From assembly GCA_048013815.1 (NCBI GenBank), contig CM106585.1, positions 4,526,001 to 4,590,000 of the forward strand: a DNA stretch of 64,000 nucleotides, read 5' to 3'. Origin of the DNA: Setoptus koraiensis. Lineage: Eukaryota; Animalia; Arthropoda. The notes beneath the pieces were generated by a model that searched no databases, was not told where the DNA came from, and saw only the letters and a list, made by a program, of their open reading frames with translations. Both the position numbers and the translations under genes were made by a program. Positions 49,001-58,995 of the stretch are shown piece after piece. Position 1 is the stretch's first letter, and every line of letters begins with the position of its first letter.

Positions 49001-50111
49001 GTTGTCAAAGGAAGACGATGACGGCGATATTCATGATGATGACCAACAACAATATTCAGCTATGGTTACACTGAGCATGGAACTGGGATTGACATTAGAC
49101 AATTTGTTGAATTTATCTGAGAAATATCTGGCCGATGAAGTCGGATTGACGAGTCTGGACGAATTATCAGCAAGCCACGAGCGCATGAGAATCGATGACA
49201 ACGGTGCAAGAAACACATCGTCAGATTCAACTGTCTGGATCCATATAACTGACTTAACAAGATCATCATGTAAGTTAGTTAATCAGATAAAAGAGGAGCA
49301 CAGAGGCGAATGGGTCGAAATAAAGTCATTAGTTGATCACATAAATCATTTGATTGAAATACCAGTCGCGCCGCATGCAAAACATGGAATCGTTGACGGT
49401 GGGCAAGACCAGCACAAGAGCAAACAATCCAACCATCATAATCAGCATCGTCATCAGAATAACCTAGAGAAAATTAATGGGAAATCCTGCCCAAATAATG
49501 GTCTTGTCATGATATCTATTGAATGCGACCAATTAATACCGATCCTATTTGTTGCCCAGCACCTACAAGATCGCTTGAATTCGTGCCATAAACTAAATTT
49601 GGCCCCAACAACAACAAATAGAAACAAAGTATCTGCATCTGTTGACGATAAACAAATGAAAGAATCTCTTGATGAAACAGGTAATATATTTTCGACAACA
49701 ACAATAATCAATTGTCTGATGAATGAAAGACTATCTACAATGGCACTGGCTTGGGACGAAAAACTGCTCAAAGTAGTGAAAAAAGAGAGGGCAAATCTAG
49801 ATCGTTCTACAAACAAATTACGAATGTTGCAATCGGTTATATTGTCCATGCTACCAAACTTGTGTCACTCTGTTCAAGAGGAAATGCTCGCTTTTGAGCA
49901 ACTAAACCAATTAATGGCCTCGTTGGAGATGCGAGCAATGGCAGAAATTTCCAAGCTACACCAGTTGAGATGTGTCGATCTTCGACTCCAGAGCCTACCG
50001 CGACCACAATCACTGTTTTATCTTCTGGGACCTGATCATCAACTAACTGCTTGGCGTGGCTTTGAGACAACTTTTTACGATTCGGACAACGACACCGACT
50101 TGATGAACTAG
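46086..50111 (+). CDS. BBS9: BBSome core subunit PTHB1/BBS9-like, intronless ORF of 1341 aa
   Basis: N-terminus MSLFKTNEYWS (BBS9 MSLFKxxxWWS); IIIGDLQG, TAWSAIL, GMIVMLS and LYFGT match the BBS9 beta-propeller landmarks. The C-terminal half is divergent. Confidence 0.8.
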   Translation: MMSLFKTNEYWSVFCRDLFDGISTTETLDLARNTDGNIKSSNTFEKEDEHHDGEYVTIIGQFDTIGTHDIIIIGDLQGNICIVNPPNISGFHAEDTLQEISGEAQVKISPRLPVTNIVLARHSIGIPIVDLAVGHFASALKNTLAVLHTDKLSIYQVNEASCDLLGNTEPQLKSAEHNIGTIQQSLYELNKFYQFDLAKNEIALQLTVVERSNEKSSPQRDIICVRYLDQRYISLFDNKQAIAHLSLWTDIEEPNGDDKTGDKTMNDNFHKSERPAIASVNLTPVAHVRKTNSLILSLTNYKIYSISLEYISVHSKQSTLARVAKSLTSGLKFDTKVGGHAAMDMGRTGENFNLLLESVSDLQSGDHHSIQFIPVKLIDAYDWCFEVPYCVIDIQVVNVPLDASAVSNKKYSSFIVTMSRYHLDIYNYLGQQCYSKRFEHPLICMNSYHLDREGNDVRKNRPVDPDSGADKSVVVDETWQNNLMIMVATDLGKTSNLLVLKGGLTAWSAILPSKPVSLFRADLKVMRGMIVMLSQLMQSISVLYFGTCKQSSLHDTDDTTSDSNLQDPIDHCDDLDDLSDLNLNFDSYAGSNSLQTEETKDLRISVYPLAQASSSSAVGQRNCNNHSSESSPTVNDCVSYRVVINSEQVAYQANFTIFCDDSIDYQISLLDDGSVKSSSATAGAESLSKQTQPLGDSSERNIDEKCSYDLGDIWPDQGSLNLRLSFFKSRPTTSNNINLNGMTLENDFGMQYDSFRLAIAKSLKVLLIVRYFNHARRSLIQEERLLLPMSLFTRLAQIDYSSDSLNLVDIQSNLLGYKRNSHLRLLTGNHSSNNIDEEPLKQAINTKPMSETAGAKSLDHPYLMTDIIINNLPFLEVINFILDLDFSQCNNRCDIKLATSLGHHSNAHTKVAKGAPVNIDDAQSSSALEGIVKRKISELDRSLEFNKEIISIMGGQVELDELRTVKDDQSKLLSKEDDDGDIHDDDQQQYSAMVTLSMELGLTLDNLLNLSEKYLADEVGLTSLDELSASHERMRIDDNGARNTSSDSTVWIHITDLTRSSCKLVNQIKEEHRGEWVEIKSLVDHINHLIEIPVAPHAKHGIVDGGQDQHKSKQSNHHNQHRHQNNLEKINGKSCPNNGLVMISIECDQLIPILFVAQHLQDRLNSCHKLNLAPTTTNRNKVSASVDDKQMKESLDETGNIFSTTTIINCLMNERLSTMALAWDEKLLKVVKKERANLDRSTNKLRMLQSVILSMLPNLCHSVQEEMLAFEQLNQLMASLEMRAMAEISKLHQLRCVDLRLQSLPRPQSLFYLLGPDHQLTAWRGFETTFYDSDNDTDLMN

Positions 50112-53100
50112 AATTTTCGAATAACAATTATATCGAGACTCGACCTGAAAAAAAAGAACCTCATTACATCCTCATCAGCGCCACGAATGGATCTGTATTC
50201 TTCCGTATGCTTTGTCTGTGCCATATGAAATCGATCAAGTGCACGCTGATGTCATCGATTTGTATTCTATATTCACCGAGCTGGACCTTGTAAATACAAC
50301 CTCATCATCGCATATCAACAGTTCCAACTCACCGGATGCTCCGATGGCTCGGGTCAGACGATTGTATTGACATTATGCCCGAAAATACCCAAAACAGCCG
50401 AATTGGGCGCGGCTACTGTTCGCTACCATAACCAGAACTGGCATGGATCCTACTGATGACTGATTGGACTGCTCACATCCGCATTGATCGGATCGCTCAT
50501 GTTTGCTGTTACCGGAATTATGGTTGATGGTTTCAATCTTTCCGTATCTTTTCGCTCCTAGATCCAACCCTCTGATGATAGCTTGACCCTCTGATGATGG
50601 GGCTATTTTATAACACATGGGTCAATTGGGCGCCAGAATCGGTTGCATCGTCGCGCATCAAAGCATTTTAAGAGATACGAAATAAAAAATGCTGCGTTGC
50701 TGTTTCGTCTCGTTTCGGCGAAATTTTCATCGGAGAAAAACAGTTTCTGAGCGAAAAACAGAGTCTAGTCTAAAGCCAATCCAGTCGCTAAGTCATTTTC
50801 CGTTCTTGATTTGTAAGCATTTTTCATATTGTTTGAAACTCAATCCATCAAATTTCCATGACCCCGGGACGGCGATCTCACATACTGAAATACTCCGTAG
50901 TTTTGAATTGGGAGCTCTTTGTCCATCTAGGATCTCCTATTTGTTTGGCTGGTGAGTTTTTTCCGACTCACTACTGTCTGTCACTAGAGTGTAGGCCAGG
51001 CGTCAGGCAATAAAGATCCAACTTTCGGAGCACGCCAGGCTCGAGAGATGTGAAAAAGCAGCTATCTTGTCAAAGATGAAAATGTACACGCGCCATGTAC
51101 GGAGCAAAGTATGATCTTTCGCGTGGATTGATCGCCTTCTCACTAACTAATTAGTTTAGCCAGCCGCTTGAGTGGGAGCGTTCATCTGGCGATAAATCGA
51201 CGGCCTCTTAACAATGACTTTACTCTTACAATTTGCTGACGACAATTCAGGTTGGGTCAAGTTTGTCGAAATGAAACGGCCAAACAATTGTAGGCGCCAT
51301 ATATTATACAGCGGCACACGTTGAGCGGCAAATTGTTGTCGCTTTTTGTTTTTTCGAGCAAAATCTAGGTCAGACAGAAGAGTAGAGAAAGTATGTCGCC
51401 CGTTGCAAGTGATGAAAGTGGTCACCAAGGAGCAGAGAAAGAGAGAATCGCGATTAGTATAATATGTCACCTCTGGATGGCATGTTAAATGAAGCATGGC
51501 TCCTCAATTGAGCACTTGGCAACATTGTCTGTTCGGCTGGTTGGCCAAATTCTAGACCAGTTCAAAGCGATTGGAAGTAGTGCAACTCTATTGCATTATC
51601 TTGTCTCTCGTCTTTCTTTAATGATTCGAGCGCATAAATTGGAGTCACTCGAGCAACCAACTGCACCAACTCGTTGCACCACTTGTGCCCCAGATGCCGT
51701 CTGAGCCATGCAAGTCGGTTATGTCTATCTGGCGAGCTAGTTTTAGTTGGACGAGGCCCCATACGATATACAAGAGAGTGAGGCGGCAGTTATCATCAGT
51801 ATATATTATTATGGTTAATGGACAATATTTTTATTATTACTCTACTTTTCTGTCTATTTCTCGTTATGAAGTTATTTCTCTCTCTCTCTCTCACTCTCTT
51901 TCTTTGCTCGTTGTTGATACACCCTTGTATATCGTCGACTGTTCGCTGTAGGCACGCACTACCAACACTGAGCCACTTAAACTCAACTCGAGTCACTCAC
52001 GTGAAAGTTTTTCGGTTAGTCTCAAACAAGCCGGAAAGAGGTCGACTCAATTCAAATATAATAACGCGCGCACATACAGGACATTGTGGGCCGTGATTAG
52101 TTCAGTGTGGCTCGGAGAGGCTCTCGCTAAAAATAGATTCCGTAATTGATTGCACCGGCTGAGTTTTCTCTTGGATTCCTTTGGTTCATTCAGATTTTTC
52201 AAGCACCCTGACCGCGGCCCCAAAAAAAAAACAGAAACAGAAGCAACTCGAAACAGAATATTCCGAGGATAGGATTATTATTTGTTATTGTCCGCGTTAT
52301 TTGTTGCCCAAACATATCCATGCTACCTGCCCAGTGGCCCCTGTTACACTTGCTGCCTCGACACACGTCGATCCATTGCGCTGTACGATTATCTGGCTGG
52401 ATAAATCACTGATTGATCTCTGTGATGGCGAGGATGGCCAAACAGCTTACAGTCAATGGGTGAGTGTACAATTCACAATTGGCGCCTGCGTGATGATGAT
52501 CGCGAACCGATAAACAAAGTGAACAGATAAAATTTTGTAAGTTTGTCTCGATAAGCGGCTTTCTCTGGCCTCTCTTCGCGCGGGCAAAGAGATAGGCGAG
52601 AGCTGCCTTTCTAACGGGAGAACGGCTCGGGATAGTTGATAGCAGATTGCCGCTAGAGGCCCAAAGATACCTAATCGAGTCTCTGGGGCTGCAACTTGCC
52701 CTCAATAGCCGCTCGAAGCCACTGGATTGCGGGCCCAGCCAGAGATTTTCTGCAAGCTTAAGCACCAAAATAGATAGGGAGTTTTGATGGCGGCGCCGGC
52801 GCTGCGCATATTTTTCATCAATAACAACTGCTGGCTCAATTGGAAATTTGCATAAATCGCCGGCGTTCGTTTATCTCGTCGTCGGCGTTTTAAGCGCCTC
52901 GCACACAACAACAAACAACGCCGAGAAGAAGATTATGCCGAGTATATATGTACGTGGCGAGCACATTTGAATATGCGAGCAAGAGAGAATTGGGGCCAGC
53001 TCGCTCGGATATTCTGCGCGATATCTTATCTCTTGGAAGCCTGGCTCGGCTCGGCTCGGCTGGCTCTGCGGCGCAGCTCGGCCCCCGAGAGCTTACGACG

Positions 53101-53428
53101 CGCAAGTTGGGAGAAAGAATCGCGCCGATGGATCAATTTCGTCTCGGCTCACCTTGGCCCAGTGTGCGCCCAGTGATGCCGAAACCTTTTATTATCACCA
53201 TGTAATTACATTTACACAACTTGTATCACCGACGAGTGTATTCACTGCCATTGTCCCTACAACGGGCGACTGAGCCAGCGAAAACTGTCATCGCCACAAT
53301 GAGTCCGATGAGTTTATTCCGCGCAACGCCAGACCCGGCGCCACCGACCGGGGCCCCAAATCTGATCAGTGTGCGTCCGATTTAATTTGATCGCTTGATC
53401 AACGTATCACGACCGACCTACGGCGCAA

Positions 53429-56400
53429 CTAGAGCTCGCTTGTGTCCCGGCGATTGTATGAATTGCCCGACGAGTAGTGATGCGATCGAAACGAGTGCAT
53501 CTGACTTCCGCGACGATAATGGCCGCCGCCCGTCGAATGTTGACCCGATCCGCCGCTCGAGTGGTGCCCGCCAAACAAACTGTGACTGGTTGTGTGGCCG
53601 CTAGTGCCGAAGGCGCCCGAGTACGAGGCTCGCGACGACAGGGCGCCCCCTCCCGATCCGTGATGGTGATGGCTCTTGGAATAGTAGTTGCTTCCGCTGC
53701 GACTGCCGCCCCCGCCAGACCGGCCGTGACCCGGCCCGTCCAGTCCGCCGCCCCCGCCGCCGTGATGGTGGTGCGACGACGACCATCCGCCCGAGCTGTG
53801 TCCGCCGCCGCCACCCGACCCGATGCCCCCGCCTCCGCTTGAGAAACCGCCGAAGCCGCCGCCGCCGCTGCTCGCGTGATGATGATGATGCGAGGAGCCG
53901 CTCGAATGATGATTGTCCTGATAGGCGACAGACTTTTTGTGATGGCCCGCCAGCACCGAATAGAAGGGCCCGCCGAAGCCGCCGCCCACCGACATTGAGT
54001 GGCGGCCCGCGTCAAACGAGCCCGCACCGCCGCCCGACGACCCGAGCGCGCCCGATATGAGGCCGCCGCCCGCCGAATGGTGGTTGCCCAGGCCGCCCGC
54101 GCCCGTCGAGCCCAGCGATGAGCCCAGCGACGTTTCCTTTTGCCTGTGCGCATTGTACAAATTCAGGCCGGGTATTATGTGTATGCGCAAATTTCCGTGC
54201 TCATCAACGTCCAATTGTCGCCTCAAAATGGGCCCCTTCCGCTGAAAGGTAACGTGCGATTTGCAGCAACAATAATAAAAGAGTTTGTTGAAGGCCTCGC
54301 GAAAGTCCCTATTGGTGAGCGCGTACACGTAACTGTACGAGCAGCAATTTAGCGCACTGATCCACCAGACGCCGTCGCGTAACTCTTGCGTAATTTGGTG
54401 TCTTGGTATGATGCAAGCTATGACAATTAGTGGTAGCCACATAATTAAATTGAAAGCGTACACAATGATGTTTGATTTTAATAATTGATCGTCGCACATG
54501 TAGGCATAGGTGCACAGGGTGGCGACCGTCTGATGTTGTTGCGGTTGCTGTTTCTGGTGCTGCTGCTGACCGGCAGAGGGCACTGACTGACTTCCGGTTG
54601 TCAGTTGATTGTTGTTTGGGCTTGGGTTTGTTTGCGACAACGGTTGCATAGCGACCACCACTGACGACGGTCCAAGCAGAGCGTTGGATTGGGCCGCATT
54701 GCCGCCAGTGGCGCCCCTATCGGCGCCTCGCTCCGTGTAAGTGCGGTTGTCAGTGTTGCGGGTTCCCGCGACGGGGGCCGACACTGTGACGCACGCCTCT
54801 TTGCGGTCCTTGGCAGAGCCCGACAACATTGATGATTGATCTGGTAGCTGCTGTTGATTAGATTGGTCGTTTTTGTTGTTGTTGAGCGTTTGCGCGTTTG
54901 CAATGGACGGCGCCGACTGCTGCTTCTCGGTGCCCGTCGCCGGCATTGGGCCGAACCTGCGCCTACCCCCGCTTCCGCTACGGACCGGTGCCGCCATGTG
55001 AGCGCCATTGACGGTTGTCGGGTTGCCGGCGGCCGATCTGGCCGTCGCGCCGGCCGTATCGGCGCCCGTTTGCGGCTCGCCGCCGCCGGGCCTCATGCAA
55101 GCGGCCTCTTGCGCGTAGTGAAGCTTGCGGCTTGAGGCCACCGTTTGGGGTCGCACTTGCTCGTGCTCAACCTGAAAAAACTGCCCATTTGCAGCGTCTT
55201 CTGAGTCGTGGTACAAACGCGACGATCTCGGCAACGACTGGTGACGTTCTAGGTGAAGCATGCGCATTTGGTGCTCCAATTGGTGTTGTTGTTGTTGCTG
55301 TTGCTGATAGTGATTGAGCCAGTCGGCCTGATTAGGCTGGCAATTGATGTCGTAGTAAGGCTGTTGTTGTTGGTTGTAGTGCTGCTGTTGTTGCATGTTG
55401 TTGTTGTTCATTGTGTTGGTTGCGCCGGCCATATTGTTGCAGGCCGGTTGTTGCAGGGATAAAACGTTTTGCGTGGGCGGCAGCGTGGCCGACGGCGGAG
55501 CCGAGAAAGAGGGCGCCCTCCGAAGGAACAGGCCGCTTTGCAAATCTTGCGCTGCCATGCCCAATTGCCTGGCGTCGCTGGCCCTATTGTTAGCGGATAA
55601 ACTCATTCGCAGTTGCTGCTCCAAATTGGAGCGCTCTTGCTGGCTGATGGGGCCCAGTCGGTTCGTGTTGATGGGCGCGGGCGGGTTCCTGGGCTGGCCG
55701 GCCGTCGACGTTGTCAGCTGGTTGCTCAAATGTTGCTGATACTGGAGGCTCGTTGCCGGTTGACCGGGCGTCATTGTTGTCGGCGTGGCTGTTGTCTGTT
55801 GTTGTTGTTGTTGTTGTTGTTGTAGCTGTTGTTGTTGTTGTTGCTGTTGTAGCTGTTGTTGTTGTTGCTGTTGTTGAGCTGCAGTGATAGGCGGCGCCAT
55901 TCTGGGGGCGCCGCCGTTGCTGTGACTTATCTTGTTTGCATTATTAAAATAATTATTTTTGTTGCTATTAATTATTATACTATTGCTCGGCTCGGCCGCG
56001 ACAGGTAGCTGCTGCTCACCTGACGCGCCGACCGAGTTAATTGTGTGCAGCTCGGCGGCATTACTGGCCAGCTCATTGTTGTTGCAAGCGGTTGCTGTTG
56101 GCGGCAATGGCTGGCCATCAGCAACCGCCGAGCCAACCGCCTGATTGATGGATGTTACAATGCTTGAGCTGATGGTTGTGGTGGGCGCTGCGGGGGCCCC
56201 GGTTGCCATGGTTGCGGCCGCCCCCGTCGATGGCTTCATGTCTAAAATTTGGTTTGCTGCTGCTGCCACTGCTGCCACTGCTGGCTGCTGCTGGGCCGCC
56301 ACGCCGGGCCCCTTTGTCGCTGTTGGCGGATAATTGAGCTTACCTGTCATGCTGCCTGTGGCACTGCTCGTGGTGACCTGTGCAAGATGGAGCGTGTTGT

Positions 56401-58783
56401 CCAACGTTGTCAGCTCTGGCAATGACAGTGGCACGGGCAATGGCGAGCCGCCCGAATGACTGGCTATTGGCGTATAGGGGCGCATTTTGAAATGTTTCAT
56501 CTTGATATAGGCCCGTGCAAATAGTAGAAAAGTCAACACATTTGGTATGATAATGGCACATATGAGAATGCTCAGATGATACTCAAGCCAGATTTGATTA
56601 TCTTGTTCATAGGTATTGGAGGAATTTCGTTGTTGTTGTTGTTGTTGTTGCTGCTGTTGTAGTTGATGTTGTTGTGTTGCTTGCAGTGATTTATTGTGCT
56701 TTTGGAATTTGTTGAGCTGCTGACTGGCGCCGCTGTCCGTCGTGGCCGACACCTGCTGGCCGGAGGCCGCAACTAGGCTCGGCCAAGACACAACTGTCTT
56801 GGTGGCTCGCCTCGTCCGTTCGCTGCTCGCTTCGACAGGTGAGCCGACGTGTGGCCGGCCAATTGTGCTGGCGGTCACTGGAAGGGGCCGCCAAGACGAA
56901 AGAAATAACAAATTGTCGCCATTGTTATCCGCTATCATCCGTCTGTCAGTGTGATGGAGGTGCCTGGCGGTTCGCATGTTGCGATTGTTTGTGCCGGCCA
57001 GTGGGGCCTGCGTGCTCGTTTGTTGTGCGGCCAGCCTTGCTGCGGGGGCCCCATTTGGGCTGTTTGCCATGGCATTTAGAAGCGATAAGCTGCTGACACT
57101 GTTGTTGTTGTTGTGACGGGCCCTGTGTGCCGACGAGTTAGCCCACGCCGACGACAAAGACGTGGACAGTGTGGGCGACAGGTGAGGGCAAAAGTTGGGC
57201 CCGTAGTTTTGTTTGTGTTGTTGCATGGTGAACAGTGTGGCAAATATCCAAATGAGACTGATGAAAAGCACCACTCGACCCCTGGAGCAGCACCAGCTAT
57301 AGTGCAAACAAAAACAGCAACACGGATAGGTGTTTTTGTGCGTGGTCACCACCGTGTTGTTTGTTGTATTGGTCAGTTTGTCCGCCAGAGTGGCGGCCAT
57401 TTCGGCGGCCTTGGCGCTGACTATTTGCTGTTGTTCGCCATTTTGCTTGCTCTGCGATGGCTGCTGCAGCTGCTGCTTGCTGCTGCCACTTCCGGTTTGC
57501 AACGCGTCGGGCCCCAACGAAGAGTAGGTGTTGGCGCTGGCGGCGGTGGTGGTGGTGGTCGTAGTCGTAGTGGTGGTGGACTGAACTACAGAATGGTAGC
57601 CGAGAAAATTGTCGGCCGCAATCATAAAAAATGATAATTGGGTCACTATAAGACTGAACTGGAATATGAGCCACTGATAATGGCAGATCATGTGCGAATT
57701 AATACTATCACCGGCCATTATTTGCAATGCACTTGTTGGTATAACAAACAATGTGACACACAAATGGCCTATGGCCAGGCTAACCAAATAACAGTTGCCC
57801 CTCGTTTGCAGGCTCTCTATGACTGTCAAGGCGCTAATTATAAATATGGTGCCCACGCAACCGCCAATGGATATAATGGATAATAATAGCAATTGGAATA
57901 GGCCGTTCACCGATTGCGAATTGATGGCCACGTAAACGGGCTTCTTGTTCTTGTGCTGCTGGTACGGATTGCCTGCTGATTGCTGCCCCTGCTGCTGTTG
58001 TTGTAGTTGTTGTTGCTGGTGGTGCAGTTGTTGCTGGTGGTGCTGCAGTTGCAGCTGATGAATGCTGTTGGTTGTTGTTGTTGTTGGGGCCGACAACGGC
58101 GACAAGCTGTTATGCAACACAGCGGCGTTGTCGCCGCCAGCAAGTTGTTGTTGTTGCTGTTGTTGTGGCTGCTGGTCGGCGACGAATGCGAGCGGCGACT
58201 CGCGAGTCAGCGACCACACGGACGCGCCCAACACTGATTGCGTGTGCTCCGGGCCCAAATGGGGCCCCGGCTCGACCAAATCGTGATTGTACGGCCCGTA
58301 CGTGATGCCGCCGATGCTGTCGTGGGGCTGTTGATACTGGTCGGCGTAATAGAGCGAGCCGCTCGAGTTGGCCGGGCCGGTCTCAGAATCGGCGGACTCG
58401 TCGGGCTTGTCGGACTCGTCCGAGCGGGACTCGGAATTTACAAAACCATTGGTCGCCTCATTGAGCGGTGCTGAGGCCGAGGCTTGGGCGAGCTCGCCGT
58501 CGGCACCGTTTGTCGCCTTGTGCCTCGTTGCTCGCAGCTGCCGCCCTGGGCCGGGCCGCTGCCGGACGGCAAACAGGGGTGTGTCGTACCCGGCTTGTTG
58601 GGCCGGGCCAGCCACAGCGGGCAAGATAAATCGCAGCTGATGTTGCGGGCCGGCCAAATACGACTGGCCGCCGGCGTCGCCGCTGCCGCCAGTCATACAT
58701 ACCGTCAGCAAAGACGATCCCGCTAGCAGACAGGCCGCGGTTAGGGCGGCCGGTGCCCCGGTCGGCCCCAAAGGGCTCCTCAT
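53429..58783 (-). CDS. Orphan rhodopsin-like (class A) GPCR with very long low-complexity loops, 1784-aa single ORF
   Basis: Seven hydrophobic segments in class A order: TM1 LLLLSIISIGGCVG, TM2 RGNCYLVSLAIGHL, TM3 CHYQ...IAADNF, TM4 LIWIF, TM5 IIIPNVLTF, TM6 NLIMWLP and TM7/H8 YVYALTNRDFREAF. Confidence 0.85.
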   Translation of the reverse strand: MRSPLGPTGAPAALTAACLLAGSSLLTVCMTGGSGDAGGQSYLAGPQHQLRFILPAVAGPAQQAGYDTPLFAVRQRPGPGRQLRATRHKATNGADGELAQASASAPLNEATNGFVNSESRSDESDKPDESADSETGPANSSGSLYYADQYQQPHDSIGGITYGPYNHDLVEPGPHLGPEHTQSVLGASVWSLTRESPLAFVADQQPQQQQQQQLAGGDNAAVLHNSLSPLSAPTTTTTNSIHQLQLQHHQQQLHHQQQQLQQQQQGQQSAGNPYQQHKNKKPVYVAINSQSVNGLFQLLLLSIISIGGCVGTIFIISALTVIESLQTRGNCYLVSLAIGHLCVTLFVIPTSALQIMAGDSINSHMICHYQWLIFQFSLIVTQLSFFMIAADNFLGYHSVVQSTTTTTTTTTTTAASANTYSSLGPDALQTGSGSSKQQLQQPSQSKQNGEQQQIVSAKAAEMAATLADKLTNTTNNTVVTTHKNTYPCCCFCLHYSWCCSRGRVVLFISLIWIFATLFTMQQHKQNYGPNFCPHLSPTLSTSLSSAWANSSAHRARHNNNNSVSSLSLLNAMANSPNGAPAARLAAQQTSTQAPLAGTNNRNMRTARHLHHTDRRMIADNNGDNLLFLSSWRPLPVTASTIGRPHVGSPVEASSERTRRATKTVVSWPSLVAASGQQVSATTDSGASQQLNKFQKHNKSLQATQQHQLQQQQQQQQQQRNSSNTYEQDNQIWLEYHLSILICAIIIPNVLTFLLFARAYIKMKHFKMRPYTPIASHSGGSPLPVPLSLPELTTLDNTLHLAQVTTSSATGSMTGKLNYPPTATKGPGVAAQQQPAVAAVAAAANQILDMKPSTGAAATMATGAPAAPTTTISSSIVTSINQAVGSAVADGQPLPPTATACNNNELASNAAELHTINSVGASGEQQLPVAAEPSNSIIINSNKNNYFNNANKISHSNGGAPRMAPPITAAQQQQQQQQLQQQQQQQQLQQQQQQQQQTTATPTTMTPGQPATSLQYQQHLSNQLTTSTAGQPRNPPAPINTNRLGPISQQERSNLEQQLRMSLSANNRASDARQLGMAAQDLQSGLFLRRAPSFSAPPSATLPPTQNVLSLQQPACNNMAGATNTMNNNNMQQQQHYNQQQQPYYDINCQPNQADWLNHYQQQQQQQHQLEHQMRMLHLERHQSLPRSSRLYHDSEDAANGQFFQVEHEQVRPQTVASSRKLHYAQEAACMRPGGGEPQTGADTAGATARSAAGNPTTVNGAHMAAPVRSGSGGRRRFGPMPATGTEKQQSAPSIANAQTLNNNKNDQSNQQQLPDQSSMLSGSAKDRKEACVTVSAPVAGTRNTDNRTYTERGADRGATGGNAAQSNALLGPSSVVVAMQPLSQTNPSPNNNQLTTGSQSVPSAGQQQHQKQQPQQHQTVATLCTYAYMCDDQLLKSNIIVYAFNLIMWLPLIVIACIIPRHQITQELRDGVWWISALNCCSYSYVYALTNRDFREAFNKLFYYCCCKSHVTFQRKGPILRRQLDVDEHGNLRIHIIPGLNLYNAHRQKETSLGSSLGSTGAGGLGNHHSAGGGLISGALGSSGGGAGSFDAGRHSMSVGGGFGGPFYSVLAGHHKKSVAYQDNHHSSGSSHHHHHASSGGGGFGGFSSGGGGIGSGGGGGHSSGGWSSSHHHHGGGGGGLDGPGHGRSGGGGSRSGSNYYSKSHHHHGSGGGALSSRASYSGAFGTSGHTTSHSLFGGHHSSGGSGQHSTGGGHYRRGSQMHSFRSHHYSSGNSYNRRDTSEL

Positions 58784-58948
58784 TTTTTTTTATTCTGTTG
58801 TGTTGGCCTGTCGAAGGGCGTATTTGAGCGTTTTCGCGCGCGGGCAATGGGCTATTTTCTGCTTGTTTCACAAGCGCTGTCGTCGAGCATGCCCCGGTTT
58901 TTCTTTTTTCTTTCGAGCCAATTGCCGGAGCGGCAGAGAGCTGCCTGG

Positions 58949-58995
58949 CAGCGAGATTCTTCGGGCGCCCACTTCAGCGAGATTCTTCGGGCGCC
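58949..58995. repeat. 21-bp direct repeat CAGCGAGATTCTTCGGGCGCC x2 upstream of the GPCR start
   Basis: Perfect copies at 58949-58969 and 58975-58995. Confidence 0.9.

Noticed and set aside
50160-50620. Fragmentary coding-like sequence downstream of BBS9
   Set aside because: Multiple stops in all frames and no motif.
52127-52136. Perfect MEF2 site CTAAAAATAG (near-matches at ~4443 and ~8889)
   Set aside because: Several matches to this degenerate AT-rich 10-mer are expected by chance in 64 kb, and there is no clustering.
53407-58726. Numerous short ORFs overlapping the GPCR
   Set aside because: Antisense and frame shadows of a GC-rich, codon-repetitive CDS.
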